This document shows, piece by piece, positions 1 to 9,118 of a stretch of 64,000 bases of DNA (its first letter is position 1; each line of letters opens with the position of its first letter). The position numbers and the translations under genes were made by a program. The DNA is from a virus: positions 1 through 64,000 of the IMG/VR virus record IMGVR_UViG_3300037339_000405. The stretch is one strand, 5' to 3'. The notes beneath the pieces were generated by a model, which had not been told where the DNA came from, made no database searches, and worked only from the letters and a program-made list of their open reading frames with translations.

Positions 1-998
1 TCAACAATGATGGCATTGCGACTCGCGTCTCGCACAAGACTCTTAACGATGTGCCCAATCTTGCCGGGCTCGTGATGCATCTTCCGGTACACATGCGTCT
101 GCTGCTGCGGGTCCCACACCCTAACCACGGGGCACTTCCATGCACTCTTCAACTGCAACACCTTCGGTCGCAACGCGACTTGCTTGGCCGAAACCAGTAC
201 CTCACCTATGTGGGCTCGAAAAATGAAATCCTTTCCGTCCGGACGTGAAACAGTGGCCGTGAACCCGATCCTATAGCGGGCCGGAAACATCTGCACCACT
301 TTGGAAAACTTGTCCGCAGCAAGCCGGTGACACTCATCAAACAGCACTAGTCCAAAGCCAGCCAGAAAATCCGGATCGAGATACTTCCCCTTGTAAAGGC
401 TCTGCACCATGCCTATCACCACATCATGGTCTGGCTCATATTGATCCGCTTGCACAATGCCGATGTGTTTGTTTGGCATACCAACGAACTTATTGAACGC
501 GTCGCGCCACTGGTCCCGTGTGTCTGACTTGTTCACGACTATCAGTGTGCGCCGGCCAAGCATCGCGGCCAGCATCGCCCCGATGTAGGTTTTACCCAAC
601 CCCGTGGAAGCCTCAACAATAAAGCTACGGTCTTCGTTACTCAACAAATACCACGCTTGTTCCAGCGCGTCTTGTTGCATGAGGCTGTTGGGCGGGAAAG
701 GCCATGCCCCGTACTGCAGCGTAGGCACGCCGGGCGTTTGCCACACGACACCGTCGCTACGCTGGTCATTCATGCTACCAACAGGTACCTGCGGCGCCAG
801 TTCCCTAGCCAACCCCACCACGCGCAGCTTGCGATCATGGGTAAACAGCCTAACCTCTTGAGATTCCTCCCCCCGCTCCCAATGCACCGTGTATCTCTTT
901 TGGATTTCATTGAGGTGCTCGGACCCTGAGTACCACGCGTGCGTACTCACACCTATGGGCTTATGCCCATAGCGGGGCAAGTCAACAGAAGGTTTCAT
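1..998 (-). CDS. Superfamily 2 (DExH-box) DNA helicase, runs off the window edge
   Basis: Not in the ORF track because it has no stop inside the window. Manual translation from the ATG at 998 (ATGA overlap with the upstream stop) gives MKPSVDLPRYGHKP..., Walker A 'IVEASTGLGKT' and motif II 'LVLFDECH'. Confidence 0.9.
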   Translation of the reverse strand, partial: MKPSVDLPRYGHKPIGVSTHAWYSGSEHLNEIQKRYTVHWERGEESQEVRLFTHDRKLRVVGLARELAPQVPVGSMNDQRSDGVVWQTPGVPTLQYGAWPFPPNSLMQQDALEQAWYLLSNEDRSFIVEASTGLGKTYIGAMLAAMLGRRTLIVVNKSDTRDQWRDAFNKFVGMPNKHIGIVQADQYEPDHDVVIGMVQSLYKGKYLDPDFLAGFGLVLFDECHRLAADKFSKVVQMFPARYRIGFTATVSRPDGKDFIFRAHIGEVLVSAKQVALRPKVLQLKSAWKCPVVRVWDPQQQTHVYRKMHHEPGKIGHIVKSLVRDASRNAIIV

Positions 999-1822
999 AT
1001 ATGCTGATCAACGCTGTCGCTGATAGCAGTCTCTTTACCAATAGCCGCCTTACCGGAACCGAACCCCATCTTGCGAAGCTCGTTGGCACTGCGGTACAGG
1101 ATCTCATCCTCGTAGTTAGCCGGCTTGAACACCGTCTCCACTGTGCCCTTGTCATCAGTGGCCACGAAGAGCTTGCGCAGTACAGCCGGGTCACGCTTCT
1201 CAATGAAATCAAATGCGTTGCCGCAGCGTGGGGCGTTATCCCCTGTGCGCATCACGTCAAACGAGCACCCGACAAGCCCGCCGCGCTTGCTTGCAAGGGA
1301 TTGCAACGTCTTGATCACGGGGCGCGTGGCCGCAAACAGCCGGGGACGATCCTTGTATAGCTTGCTCTTCTTGCTGGTGAATTCACGGTGATCAATGATG
1401 GTGAGGAACCCCACCAAGCGGGCGTCAGCACCCTGCTCACAAATAGGGCAGGGCTCAAGCTCCCCGGTACAGACAAAGAAATTGCCCCACTTGCCGCCCA
1501 GCTTGAGATGGTGCTCGCGGATCGTCAGAATATCCAGCAAGCCTTCCGGAGTAAGAGACCCGTCCACGAACGTGATCCGCCCCTCTTCATCATCTTCCAG
1601 CTGGAAGCGCCACATGCGCCCGATCTGCTCCATGCGCTCTTTCACGCGCTGGTCCTCTTCCTCCACCATACTGGCCGAAGCAGCCCCACGCTTGAACCAC
1701 CCGGGCGACTTGATAGCCTGCCCGCCGAACTTCTTCACTTGACTTGGAGTCGCTACGGATACCGTCGAGACAACTTTGGCAGGCTCGGTCTTACCCATCA
1801 GCGCTTTGAAATTGATGGCCAC
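995..1822 (-). CDS. Putative single-stranded DNA-binding protein (T4 gp32-like, Zn-binding)
   Basis: H...C...CPIC Zn-binding signature, OB-fold-like strand pattern, and location among primase and helicase genes. Confidence 0.6.
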   Translation of the reverse strand: MAINFKALMGKTEPAKVVSTVSVATPSQVKKFGGQAIKSPGWFKRGAASASMVEEEDQRVKERMEQIGRMWRFQLEDDEEGRITFVDGSLTPEGLLDILTIREHHLKLGGKWGNFFVCTGELEPCPICEQGADARLVGFLTIIDHREFTSKKSKLYKDRPRLFAATRPVIKTLQSLASKRGGLVGCSFDVMRTGDNAPRCGNAFDFIEKRDPAVLRKLFVATDDKGTVETVFKPANYEDEILYRSANELRKMGFGSGKAAIGKETAISDSVDQHI

Positions 1823-1875
1823 TTTAGTCTCCTTGGACTTGTCAAACCCTGCTCGAAATAAGTCAGGGCGACGCG

Positions 1876-1904
1876 ACAGTACAATCAGATTCGCGGAATG
1901 TCAA
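1876..1904 (-). promoter_or_regulatory. Sigma70-type promoter (TTGACA-N17-TACTGT) upstream of the SSB gene
   Basis: Read directly from the minus strand. Confidence 0.5.
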
Positions 1905-2877
1905 GAGTCACATGAGCCCGCAAGTGTTCTTGTAGTACTCCCAAAAGCATAGCCCCCGGGTCTTTGAACGACTCACGCTTGTAGCGCACAATCTCCACCC
2001 CCACCGAGTGCTGAAGTGCCTCCCCCACAAGGTGCGCCGCCTTGGCTCCCGCCATATCGTTGTCAAAGAACACGACCACGCGAGGATAGTAAATCAGCTG
2101 CTCCAGTTTGATGGCGCTAAGTCCCGTAGACAAGTTCGCCATGACATTGCGGTAACACCGAGACACGTTGATGGCATCGAACTGACCTTCTACCAGCACC
2201 ACAGGCTCAGCCGTTGTAGTGAAATGCTCGCCGTACCACACGTGCGCTGTGTTGCTCACCAAATTCCACTTGTAGTCATGATGGTAACGCCCCTGCACCC
2301 CGCGCCCTCTGGCCCCGGCAAGGTAACCATCTCGATTCCAGAAGGGTGCAACGACAGCCTGCTTGCGCGAATCCCAGCGCAGATCCCACCTACGCGCCCA
2401 CGCGGAACTCACGGGCTGCCGCCTCTGCGCGAGATAGCTACGCGCTGCCGGAATCTCTTCCACCGGGGCAAACTCCTCCAGCCACCACGCAGGCCACGGC
2501 TCAAACTCCGTCTCAGGGGTGTGAATCCTGTAGGCTTCCCAATCCTCCTTCGGGGCAACGAAGCCCGCCAGCCTCTGCTCCTCCAGAAAATCAAACGCTG
2601 CAATCAACTGCACATGACGCGGGCTCGGTCCATGCGTAGACGCGTCATGCATCAACTCCACCAGAAGCGTATCCACCGTCCCCTTGGTGTTACAAGCAAA
2701 ACAGTTGAAGTGAGAAGCGCCCGTGTCAATCGTGACCCCAAAGGAGGGCCGACTATCCCTGCCAGATGAATGACGAGACCAACCGAAGGGGCACGCGCCG
2801 CGCACCCACTCGTCGCCCTCCTCGATCTGGTCAACGTCCAGTAGCCCCAGCAGCTGTTTGATCTGATTTGCTTGCAT
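1885..2877 (-). CDS. dnaG: DNA primase (Zn-binding domain plus TOPRIM)
   Basis: CPF...H...D.RPSF...FNCFAC zinc-binding domain; TOPRIM motifs 'LVEGQFDA', 'FFDND.AG' and 'KDPG'. Confidence 0.92.
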   Translation of the reverse strand: MQANQIKQLLGLLDVDQIEEGDEWVRGACPFGWSRHSSGRDSRPSFGVTIDTGASHFNCFACNTKGTVDTLLVELMHDASTHGPSPRHVQLIAAFDFLEEQRLAGFVAPKEDWEAYRIHTPETEFEPWPAWWLEEFAPVEEIPAARSYLAQRRQPVSSAWARRWDLRWDSRKQAVVAPFWNRDGYLAGARGRGVQGRYHHDYKWNLVSNTAHVWYGEHFTTTAEPVVLVEGQFDAINVSRCYRNVMANLSTGLSAIKLEQLIYYPRVVVFFDNDMAGAKAAHLVGEALQHSVGVEIVRYKRESFKDPGAMLLGVLQEHLRAHVTLDIPRI

Positions 2878-2880
2878 ATG

Positions 2881-2905
2881 AAAAAATCCCCAGTCGCCCG
2901 GGGGT
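2881..2905 (-). terminator. Intrinsic terminator-like hairpin plus U-tract immediately 5' of the primase start
   Basis: Minus strand reads CCCCGGGCGACTGGGG-ATTTTTT-CAT-ATG. Confidence 0.55.
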
Positions 2906-2966
2906 AAATCGCAGCAGCTTACAGTCTCGGAAGGGAGCCCCCGCGTCTAGCGGAGGACAAATCGCG

Positions 2967-3398
2967 CTAATCCTGTTCTTTGGGTTTCCACGCAGCCTTG
3001 CGGGTGCCGGTACGATCAGACGCTACCAGCGCCGCAACTTCTTCCGGGGTGAGGTACTTGTCCACATCGCCCAGAGTCACCTTGGCGACTTCCATGAACA
3101 CCTTCGGCCCCATCGCCTTCTTGACGGCAGCCAGATCGAGGATCTGACGCTCCACCGGCTTCTCGCTGAACTCCAGCACCCCGGTAGTACCCTCGAATGA
3201 AACCACTTCATCCGGAGCCGCCTTGTCCTCAGCCTCGTCGCGCAACGCGCGTTTGATCTCCTCGGCTCGTTTGGAGTACTTGGCCACCGCTGCCACTCGC
3301 GCCACACAATCTGCATATTCATCCACCAACAGCGTAGTGGTGTCCGGCTTGACAGCCTTCTGCTCCTTCTGCTTCTTGCTCGTGATCGTCACGCCCAT
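2967..3398 (-). CDS. Hypothetical phage protein (coiled-coil)
   Basis: 143-aa ORF with an AGGAG RBS and its own consensus promoter. Confidence 0.75.
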   Translation of the reverse strand: MGVTITSKKQKEQKAVKPDTTTLLVDEYADCVARVAAVAKYSKRAEEIKRALRDEAEDKAAPDEVVSFEGTTGVLEFSEKPVERQILDLAAVKKAMGPKVFMEVAKVTLGDVDKYLTPEEVAALVASDRTGTRKAAWKPKEQD

Positions 3399-3428
3399 GT
3401 TCGCACTCCTTGCGTTGGTTGAGAATGT

Positions 3429-3456
3429 ATTATACCACTTAGTTGCCGAATGTCAA
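3429..3456 (-). promoter_or_regulatory. Consensus sigma70-type promoter TTGACA-N16-TATAAT with extended -10 TG
   Basis: Minus strand reads TTGACA ttcggcaactaagtgg TATAAT. Confidence 0.85.
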
Positions 3457-3466
3457 TGAATAGTTT

Positions 3467-4732
3467 TCAGACGAACTTCAGTTCCTCCACTTTCTCCGGC
3501 GCGATCTCGCTGAAATCCACGGAGTTGAAATCCCACTTGACGTGAAACTCTCCCACCTCTCCATGCCGTCCTTTGAGAATGCTGATAGTGCGCCGCTTGG
3601 TAGTCTCCACCGACTCCTCTTCAAACAGCCCGAGCACAATACTGCTGATCTGGCCTATGGCATCGCTGAACGCGATATCTTCCAGCCCACCTTTTTCCTT
3701 GCCCTTCTTTGCCTTCTTGGCAGCCTCGCGCGAAAACTGGTAGGACAGGATCACCGGAATCTGTAGCGCTGACGCAAGCTCCTTGATGCGCTCAATGTTG
3801 GCTTCTACTCGCCCGTATTTGTTCAGACGAGTGTCCGAATGCTTCAACAGGTAGGCACCGTCAATGACGAGCAACTGTGGCCCCATCTGGTGCACCAAAT
3901 CAAACACCTGATTCACTGTAGCACTCAAGTTGCCGTCCACTATCCACAGCTTCTTCTCTGTCTCACGCAAACGCCTGAGCCGCATGGCCATCAAGGCGTA
4001 GCCCTGCTTGGATAGTTCGGCATTTCTGAGGTGACGCGGGTTCACGCCGGAATGCATCGCCGCTAGCCGCTGCACTATTGGCTGGGCCAGCATCTCCATC
4101 GTCACCACTAGAACGTTATGGGCGCCCCCCTTTACCGCCGGCACCCCTTGCCAGCCTGAGTGTGCCGTGTAGAGACTGAACCACGTCTTGCCCATGCTCG
4201 GGCGCCCAACGATAGACACCACATCACCACCCTGTAGCCCGCCGTTTAGCTTGTCAAACGTTGGCCAGCCTAGATGTATACCCTCTTCTTCCTGCATGCT
4301 CTTGCTGCGGTACTCGGCGGCAATCATGTCGTGGGCTTCAGCGCCGAAATCCACAAGTGACAGACGCTTGCCGGAATAGCTCAGATCGTCCACTACCTCA
4401 CGCAGCATCGCTAAAGTTGCAGTGTGATCCTGCTTCTTCATCGTCGTGCTGGCATCGGTCAACACCGATAGCAGCCGGCGATGCTGGTAACGATCTTCTA
4501 CCTGCTTGAGATAGAACTCGGGGGGTTCGGGGGCCGTGGGGATGGTTTTGAAAGCATCCTTAACGGTCTCCATGGAGGGCAACACGTGATGATCGTTTAC
4601 GTGCGTGTCAATAAACTCCCACAGCTTTTCCTCGGTAGCAACAAAGTAGCGCTTGGCCAGCTTCAGCTTTTGATAGCGGAAGACTTCCCCCTGCCGCAAC
4701 AAGGCGGCTAGCAGCCGTGCCCCAACGTCCAT
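3467..4732 (-). CDS. dnaB: Replicative DNA helicase, DnaB-like (SF4)
   Basis: 'GRPSMGKT' Walker A, 'TMEM', 'VIDGAYLL', 'SYQFSR', 'SDAIGQ' and 'KGRHG' match the DnaB motif set. Confidence 0.93.
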   Translation of the reverse strand: MDVGARLLAALLRQGEVFRYQKLKLAKRYFVATEEKLWEFIDTHVNDHHVLPSMETVKDAFKTIPTAPEPPEFYLKQVEDRYQHRRLLSVLTDASTTMKKQDHTATLAMLREVVDDLSYSGKRLSLVDFGAEAHDMIAAEYRSKSMQEEEGIHLGWPTFDKLNGGLQGGDVVSIVGRPSMGKTWFSLYTAHSGWQGVPAVKGGAHNVLVVTMEMLAQPIVQRLAAMHSGVNPRHLRNAELSKQGYALMAMRLRRLRETEKKLWIVDGNLSATVNQVFDLVHQMGPQLLVIDGAYLLKHSDTRLNKYGRVEANIERIKELASALQIPVILSYQFSREAAKKAKKGKEKGGLEDIAFSDAIGQISSIVLGLFEEESVETTKRRTISILKGRHGEVGEFHVKWDFNSVDFSEIAPEKVEELKFV

Positions 4733-4734
4733 GA

Positions 4735-5286
4735 CTATAGGGTGTGGTAGTGCGTGGCTAGATGATCGTAAATGGCGTCACCGTATTGCAGCTTCACAGC
4801 CGGCAGCGCATCTGCCTGCAGGATCGTAAGCCGCTGCTCTGCAAACCTCTCAAACAGAACATCGTAGAGTCGCTGCTGCTGCCATGCAGGCACGGCCTTA
4901 CCATCCGTGCGCCCACAGAACCTCGGCACAATCAGAACGGTAGCGTAGATGTCCTCACCCTGATCCAACAGTTGCAGGATAGCCGTGACAGTAATCACCT
5001 TGGCGTTGATATAGTGACGCAGATACGCCGCAGCAATCGCCAACAACTTGGTTTCCGAGTGGGAGCCCACTAGCATCAAGCCCGCGCAGCCTTCTTCACG
5101 CGCGGCCATGGAATGGCGAACCCATTCCACCTCTTCCTTGCTGCAATAGTCGGCTAGGGGACGCTCAATGAAAGACGCAGGAATACCCGCCGCGCGAGCA
5201 AACTCATCCTTACGGGCAAGTAGCTCCGCGTGAAACGCCGGGTCGATTACTCCGGACGGCTTCTGCCGGGTAGGCAATTTCAGCAT
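4735..5286 (-). CDS. DnaC/IstB-like helicase loader with a degenerate P-loop
   Basis: 'AGIP..F', 'GLMLVG' and 'LYDVLFERF...LTI' follow the DnaC pattern; it sits between the initiator and DnaB; GKT is absent. Confidence 0.55.
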   Translation of the reverse strand: MLKLPTRQKPSGVIDPAFHAELLARKDEFARAAGIPASFIERPLADYCSKEEVEWVRHSMAAREEGCAGLMLVGSHSETKLLAIAAAYLRHYINAKVITVTAILQLLDQGEDIYATVLIVPRFCGRTDGKAVPAWQQQRLYDVLFERFAEQRLTILQADALPAVKLQYGDAIYDHLATHYHTL

Positions 5287-6185
5287 TTGTCACGCAACTC
5301 CCACTCAATCGCGTCGATCTCGGCAACCGTAGCAGGACGTTCCTTTTGCACATGGGCGGCAGTGTAAAGCGTGCCTATCTTCCGTGCAACTGATTTCACT
5401 TTAGGCGCCACTCGCTCCTTCGATCCCAGATAGGCGCTAACCACGTCTTGACTAAACTTTGCCAGATAACCGGGGCTGGGTCTAGGAGGAGTTTTCTCAC
5501 CGTGAGTCCCCGCTATGCCAGCAGACAGGCTGGGCCAGTTTTTGCAGAGATGCTTGAGAGCCTGCAAGGCATGTTCTCCTGCCTTGCGTAGGTACTGCTT
5601 CATGAACACCCGATCCTTGTTGGTCCATGGGTCCACATGGCGTAGGAAGGCGTTCTCAACCAGCTGCTCCTGCAGAACACGTAAACCTTCATGTTCATTC
5701 CTGATGCGTGTCAGGTGTACTGTCTTCGGCTGGGTAGCCTTGTGCAAGTTGCTACGTGAATCCCCCCCTGCATACTTGCTAGGCATCGATTTCTCCAGAG
5801 CGCCGTCAGGCGCCTTTCTCTTACTTCTAGTACTACTTCTATTAGTGAGCGTGTCGCACCGCGACACAGAGCTATGTCGTACCGCGACACAGAGCGTGTC
5901 GCACCGCGACACAGAGACCATCATGCCACGGGTGCTTCCTAGACCGTGTGTTTTCACCACAATCAGCTTCTTTTTCTGTAGCTCCTTGAGCACCGCATAC
6001 AGCTTGGTACGCCCGATGAACGGAAACGTACTACACCACTGCGACAGGGAGTGCTCCCACCACTGAGAGCCATCAATCGTGATGCAGGCGTGCTCCGTAA
6101 CGAGGTAGCGAATGCGCTCCAGCACAATAGCCTCGTGCAAGCCAAGCGCGCTAGCTATGTCACTGTCGAAAAGGAATTGGGCCAT
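5280..6185 (-). CDS. Phage replication initiator protein (lambda O-like architecture), likely start MAQFLFD at 6185
   Basis: N-terminal wHTH ('ALGLHEAIVL...WW..SL..W...FPF...L..L....LI'), internal iterons, and position upstream of DnaC-like and DnaB genes. Confidence 0.75.
   Translation of the reverse strand: MAQFLFDSDIASALGLHEAIVLERIRYLVTEHACITIDGSQWWEHSLSQWCSTFPFIGRTKLYAVLKELQKKKLIVVKTHGLGSTRGMMVSVSRCDTLCVAVRHSSVSRCDTLTNRSSTRSKRKAPDGALEKSMPSKYAGGDSRSNLHKATQPKTVHLTRIRNEHEGLRVLQEQLVENAFLRHVDPWTNKDRVFMKQYLRKAGEHALQALKHLCKNWPSLSAGIAGTHGEKTPPRPSPGYLAKFSQDVVSAYLGSKERVAPKVKSVARKIGTLYTAAHVQKERPATVAEIDAIEWELRDKC
5821..5916. repeat. Putative replication origin: three palindromic iterons plus an adjacent AT-rich stretch
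   Basis: GTGTCGCACCGCGACACAGAG at 5851 and 5896, with variant ATGTCGTACCGCGACACAGAG at 5874; AT-rich TTACTTCTAGTACTACTTCTATTAG at 5821-5845. Confidence 0.75.
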
Positions 6186-6191
6186 GATGTG

Positions 6192-6216
6192 AAAAAAGGC
6201 CGGGACTAACCGGCCT
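6192..6216 (-). terminator. Intrinsic terminator
   Basis: Minus strand reads AGGCCGG-TTAGTC-CCGGCCT-TTTTT. Confidence 0.75.
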
Positions 6217-6247
6217 GAAAAGTCTGCCAAAGGCAGACCCGAGATGA

Positions 6248-6859
6248 TCAGTCGGCTTCTTCGCCCTCGGAATCCTCGTCTTGCTGCTGATCCTTCGCAG
6301 CCTGCGCAGCTGCAAGGGCCTTCTCCTCTTCTGTCAGATACTCCGGAGGCTTCCCACGGATGATCTTCCTGAGAGCCTTCTCACCCACAACGATCTGCGG
6401 CGCGTACCACATTTCTTTCATGTCGGGGATATGGTCAATCAGGAAGTTGCGCAGCCATTCCCCAACCACGCCGGCATCCACGTTGATGGTGGCCCCCGCT
6501 TCAGTGGCTCGATCAATCACCCACTGAGAGAGGGTCTCGATGGTCTTGCACTCCTCCATGCGGCGCCACGCACCGTAGGGACTGGCCATCCCCCAAACGA
6601 TAGGAGTGGAAATCAGAAAACTCGCGTGAGACGCATCCTTTTCAACCCAAGGCAACCCGGGGTACACGTCCTTCAGCACCTGAATGCTAGACGATGAACT
6701 CATCGCTTGAGCGCGAACGCGCAGCCCCACGATAAGAGTGTTGCCTGCCTGTCCACCTTCCGGCTTGACTGAAAACGAAAGCCCCATCTTTTCACCTATG
6801 ATGAGGTAGACGGACTTGTACCCACTGACCAAAGTAGGAACGGGGGTTTGTGTATCCAT
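6248..6859 (-). CDS. Hypothetical protein with an acidic C-terminal tail
   Basis: 203-aa ORF with an AAGGAG RBS, its own promoter and a downstream terminator. Confidence 0.75.
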   Translation of the reverse strand: MDTQTPVPTLVSGYKSVYLIIGEKMGLSFSVKPEGGQAGNTLIVGLRVRAQAMSSSSSIQVLKDVYPGLPWVEKDASHASFLISTPIVWGMASPYGAWRRMEECKTIETLSQWVIDRATEAGATINVDAGVVGEWLRNFLIDHIPDMKEMWYAPQIVVGEKALRKIIRGKPPEYLTEEEKALAAAQAAKDQQQDEDSEGEEAD

Positions 6860-6889
6860 GGGGCACTCCTTTGCTGATGAATGAAGTCA

Positions 6890-6917
6890 AGTATACTCTA
6901 TCCAACTCGATTGTCAA
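6890..6917 (-). promoter_or_regulatory. Sigma70-type promoter TTGACA-N16-TATACT
   Basis: Read directly from the minus strand. Confidence 0.75.
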
Positions 6918-6920
6918 TAT

Positions 6921-8093
6921 CTACTTTTTAATACCCTGCTCTTTCACGTAGTCGTACACAAATTTCAACACGTCTGCATGCGTAATAGCGCGCGGAGTAG
7001 ATGACTTACCCATGCGTTTCTTGAGCAGGCTAATCATGTGCACCCGAACGCGCGTGCTGGCGGTAAATTGCTGCAGCAGAGTGGTGGCCAGCTTGTGGGA
7101 GCCAATAACATCCAGCGAAGCAATCTTGACTACCTCATCAAGGCGCCCTGCACGATACAGTTCCTTGGGCAGCTTCGTCATGTCGTTGCTGGTCATGATC
7201 GTCAGAACCCTACTGCGATGCTCAGCAAGCCACCACAACAGCTGAGACAGAAGGCGCGGGGTTACTCCAGCATCGTCAGACTCAGAAAACACCTTCTCCA
7301 CCTCGTCAATCAGCAACGCACACGGCTCTTCCTGATCAATCGTGGACAGCACCCGGGAAAAGTTGGCTTCGCTCTCACTTACCCATTTGGACAACGCACT
7401 ACTGAGATCCAAACGGTACAGCGTAACCCCCCACGACTGTGAAATGAACTTGGCAGCCGTGCTCTTACCCACTCCCGGCTCACCATAGAGCAGCATCCCC
7501 CTCGGCACGAGGCGCTCGTCAACCGCTTCGATGAAGTACTTGCGGTTACGATGAACCCACTGACTTAGCTGCGCCGGGGGTTGATATACGGACAGTTCCG
7601 TGTTTACTTGCTCAAGGCCGCGCTGCTTACCGATCAACTGGCTGCGCATTGCCATCACTGCCCGCGCGCTAAGAGATTTGGAAGCGACCATGGTGAGCCT
7701 GATCACTTCAGCCGCTTGCTTTAATGTGAGCCCGGAGAAACAGGGCAGGATCTCCGGCATAAGTTTGGTGGTCACTAGCGGTGACAGCTGGTCTCGCATC
7801 AAACTTTGCGGTACCGGCATCTCTCCCGCACTGAACACAAGAGGTGACTCGTCACCGCAATTGACCAGCACCAGCACTTTGTCGTTCTCCACGAACCGCT
7901 CGTACAGATCCTTGTCAAGCCCGGCGGGTTCTTCAGTAGCAAAAAAAAGATCCCCAGTGGGAAAGTTACCCTCTTTCCAGTCCATCACCTTGGACTCGGA
8001 AGCAAGAGCCTCCAACACCTGACGGATATTCAAGGTGTCAGTGGTGGTGCAATGGATGATAGGTATCTGCGCGCGAATTGCCAGACCCAGCAT
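6921..8093 (-). CDS. AAA+ ATPase (Ycf46-like), likely start MLGLAIR at 8093
   Basis: 'PRGMLLYGEPGVGKS', 'SKWVSESE', Walker B 'LLIDEVEK', and SRH 'TSN...LPKELYRAGRLD'. Confidence 0.88.
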   Translation of the reverse strand: MLGLAIRAQIPIIHCTTTDTLNIRQVLEALASESKVMDWKEGNFPTGDLFFATEEPAGLDKDLYERFVENDKVLVLVNCGDESPLVFSAGEMPVPQSLMRDQLSPLVTTKLMPEILPCFSGLTLKQAAEVIRLTMVASKSLSARAVMAMRSQLIGKQRGLEQVNTELSVYQPPAQLSQWVHRNRKYFIEAVDERLVPRGMLLYGEPGVGKSTAAKFISQSWGVTLYRLDLSSALSKWVSESEANFSRVLSTIDQEEPCALLIDEVEKVFSESDDAGVTPRLLSQLLWWLAEHRSRVLTIMTSNDMTKLPKELYRAGRLDEVVKIASLDVIGSHKLATTLLQQFTASTRVRVHMISLLKKRMGKSSTPRAITHADVLKFVYDYVKEQGIKK

Positions 8094-8126
8094 GCTCACT
8101 CCGTTGAAAAAATAAGGGCTGATGGG

Positions 8127-8154
8127 ATAGTACCACATCAGCCCCGAAAGTCAA
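8127..8154 (-). promoter_or_regulatory. Sigma70-type promoter TTGACT-N16-TACTAT
   Basis: Minus strand reads TTGACT ttcggggctgatgtgg TACTAT. Confidence 0.65.
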
Positions 8155-8227
8155 GCGAGGGGGAGCAACTCCTCGCTTGTGCCCCACGCACGCACGTGGA
8201 GCAGTCTGGCAACGAAGTAAATCTAGT

Positions 8228-8521
8228 TTACTCGCATTTCTTGGCTTCGGCCTTCAACAGCGTAATGTAGATGCGCGCCTGTTCCAACTCGGCAAGGGCC
8301 GCTTGCGAAAGCTCAAGGTCGGTTGCTCCAGCGGATACTGCCAGCGTCTGCCACCCGGGCTCCTGCGGCAGCAGCACTTGGCACCTCTCCCGCACAGCCT
8401 TCTCGACCGTCACTGGCTGATACACGGTATGCAATTCCGGTGTGCTCGGAGATGTAGCGCACCCACTGATCATGAGACAGCAGAACATCAGACTCAGCAG
8501 CGGCTTTTGCGCCCGTTGCAT
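8228..8521 (-). CDS. Putative outer-membrane spanin (Rz1-like lipoprotein)
   Basis: From MQRAQKPLLSLMFCCLMISGC: hydrophobic signal ending in lipobox ISG-C; overlaps the 3' end of the i-spanin gene in another frame. Confidence 0.7.
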   Translation of the reverse strand: MQRAQKPLLSLMFCCLMISGCATSPSTPELHTVYQPVTVEKAVRERCQVLLPQEPGWQTLAVSAGATDLELSQAALAELEQARIYITLLKAEAKKCE

Positions 8522-8963
8522 TTTCCCGCTTGCGCTCTTCAACGTAAGCACGGACTTGGCGAGCCCACGTTTGGTGCCACTCTTCGCCCTCACGCTGCTT
8601 CTCCTTCAAGATGTCCGTTATCTTGCGTTCCAACTGCGCGGTTGTCAACCGAGCGTTGGCCTTCTCCTGTTCGTACCGGCGATCAGCAGCCCCTCTCTCC
8701 GCAATGACGGCGTTGAGACGCTTGTTCTGCTCTTCCACCTCGGACTTGAAGCTGGTGTTTGCTGATTGCAGCCCGGCATTCTCACTGTCAAGCTGCCCGT
8801 TACGCTTAGTCAAGGCGGCGTTCTCTTTCTCAGAAGTTCCCAGCCGGGTTTCCAGCCCCTCTACCACACCATAGTGATACACCATGGCTGCGGCCACCGC
8901 CGCAAGCATTACCACGCCGATGATGAGGTAGAGGGCTGCGAACCCAACCTCAGAGCGTTTCAT
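8313..8963 (-). CDS. Putative inner-membrane spanin (Rz-like), start MKRSEVG at 8963
   Basis: Single N-terminal TM helix followed by a long coiled coil; lies in the lysis cassette. Confidence 0.75.
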   Translation of the reverse strand: MKRSEVGFAALYLIIGVVMLAAVAAAMVYHYGVVEGLETRLGTSEKENAALTKRNGQLDSENAGLQSANTSFKSEVEEQNKRLNAVIAERGAADRRYEQEKANARLTTAQLERKITDILKEKQREGEEWHQTWARQVRAYVEERKRENATGAKAAAESDVLLSHDQWVRYISEHTGIAYRVSASDGREGCAGEVPSAAAAGARVADAGSIRWSNRP

Positions 8964-9091
8964 TGGTCGCTCTTCTTGAACCACGTGGACCACGGTTTGG
9001 TGGCCAGCCACGCTAGAATCTGCGGCTGGTATCTTCCGATGAGCCACCCCACTACCCCTGACCCAAGTATGACGCCCAGAGTGCTAATCAT
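8960..9091 (-). CDS. Small membrane protein (43 aa), not in the ORF track
   Basis: GGAGG RBS; MISTLGVILGSGVVGWLIGRYQPQILAWLATKPWSTWFKKSDQ; ATGA-coupled to the i-spanin. Confidence 0.65.
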   Translation of the reverse strand: MISTLGVILGSGVVGWLIGRYQPQILAWLATKPWSTWFKKSDQ

Positions 9092-9118
9092 GATGCCTCC
9101 TTTGCAATCAACTGCAAG

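Noticed and set aside
2906-2966. Structured ncRNA or riboswitch upstream of primase
   Set aside because: Small hairpins are possible, but I recognise no known RNA family and cannot assess covariation.
5851-5916. Mini CRISPR array
   Set aside because: The repeats are nearly adjacent (1-2 nt apart) with no spacers, lie inside the initiator gene, and no cas genes are present.
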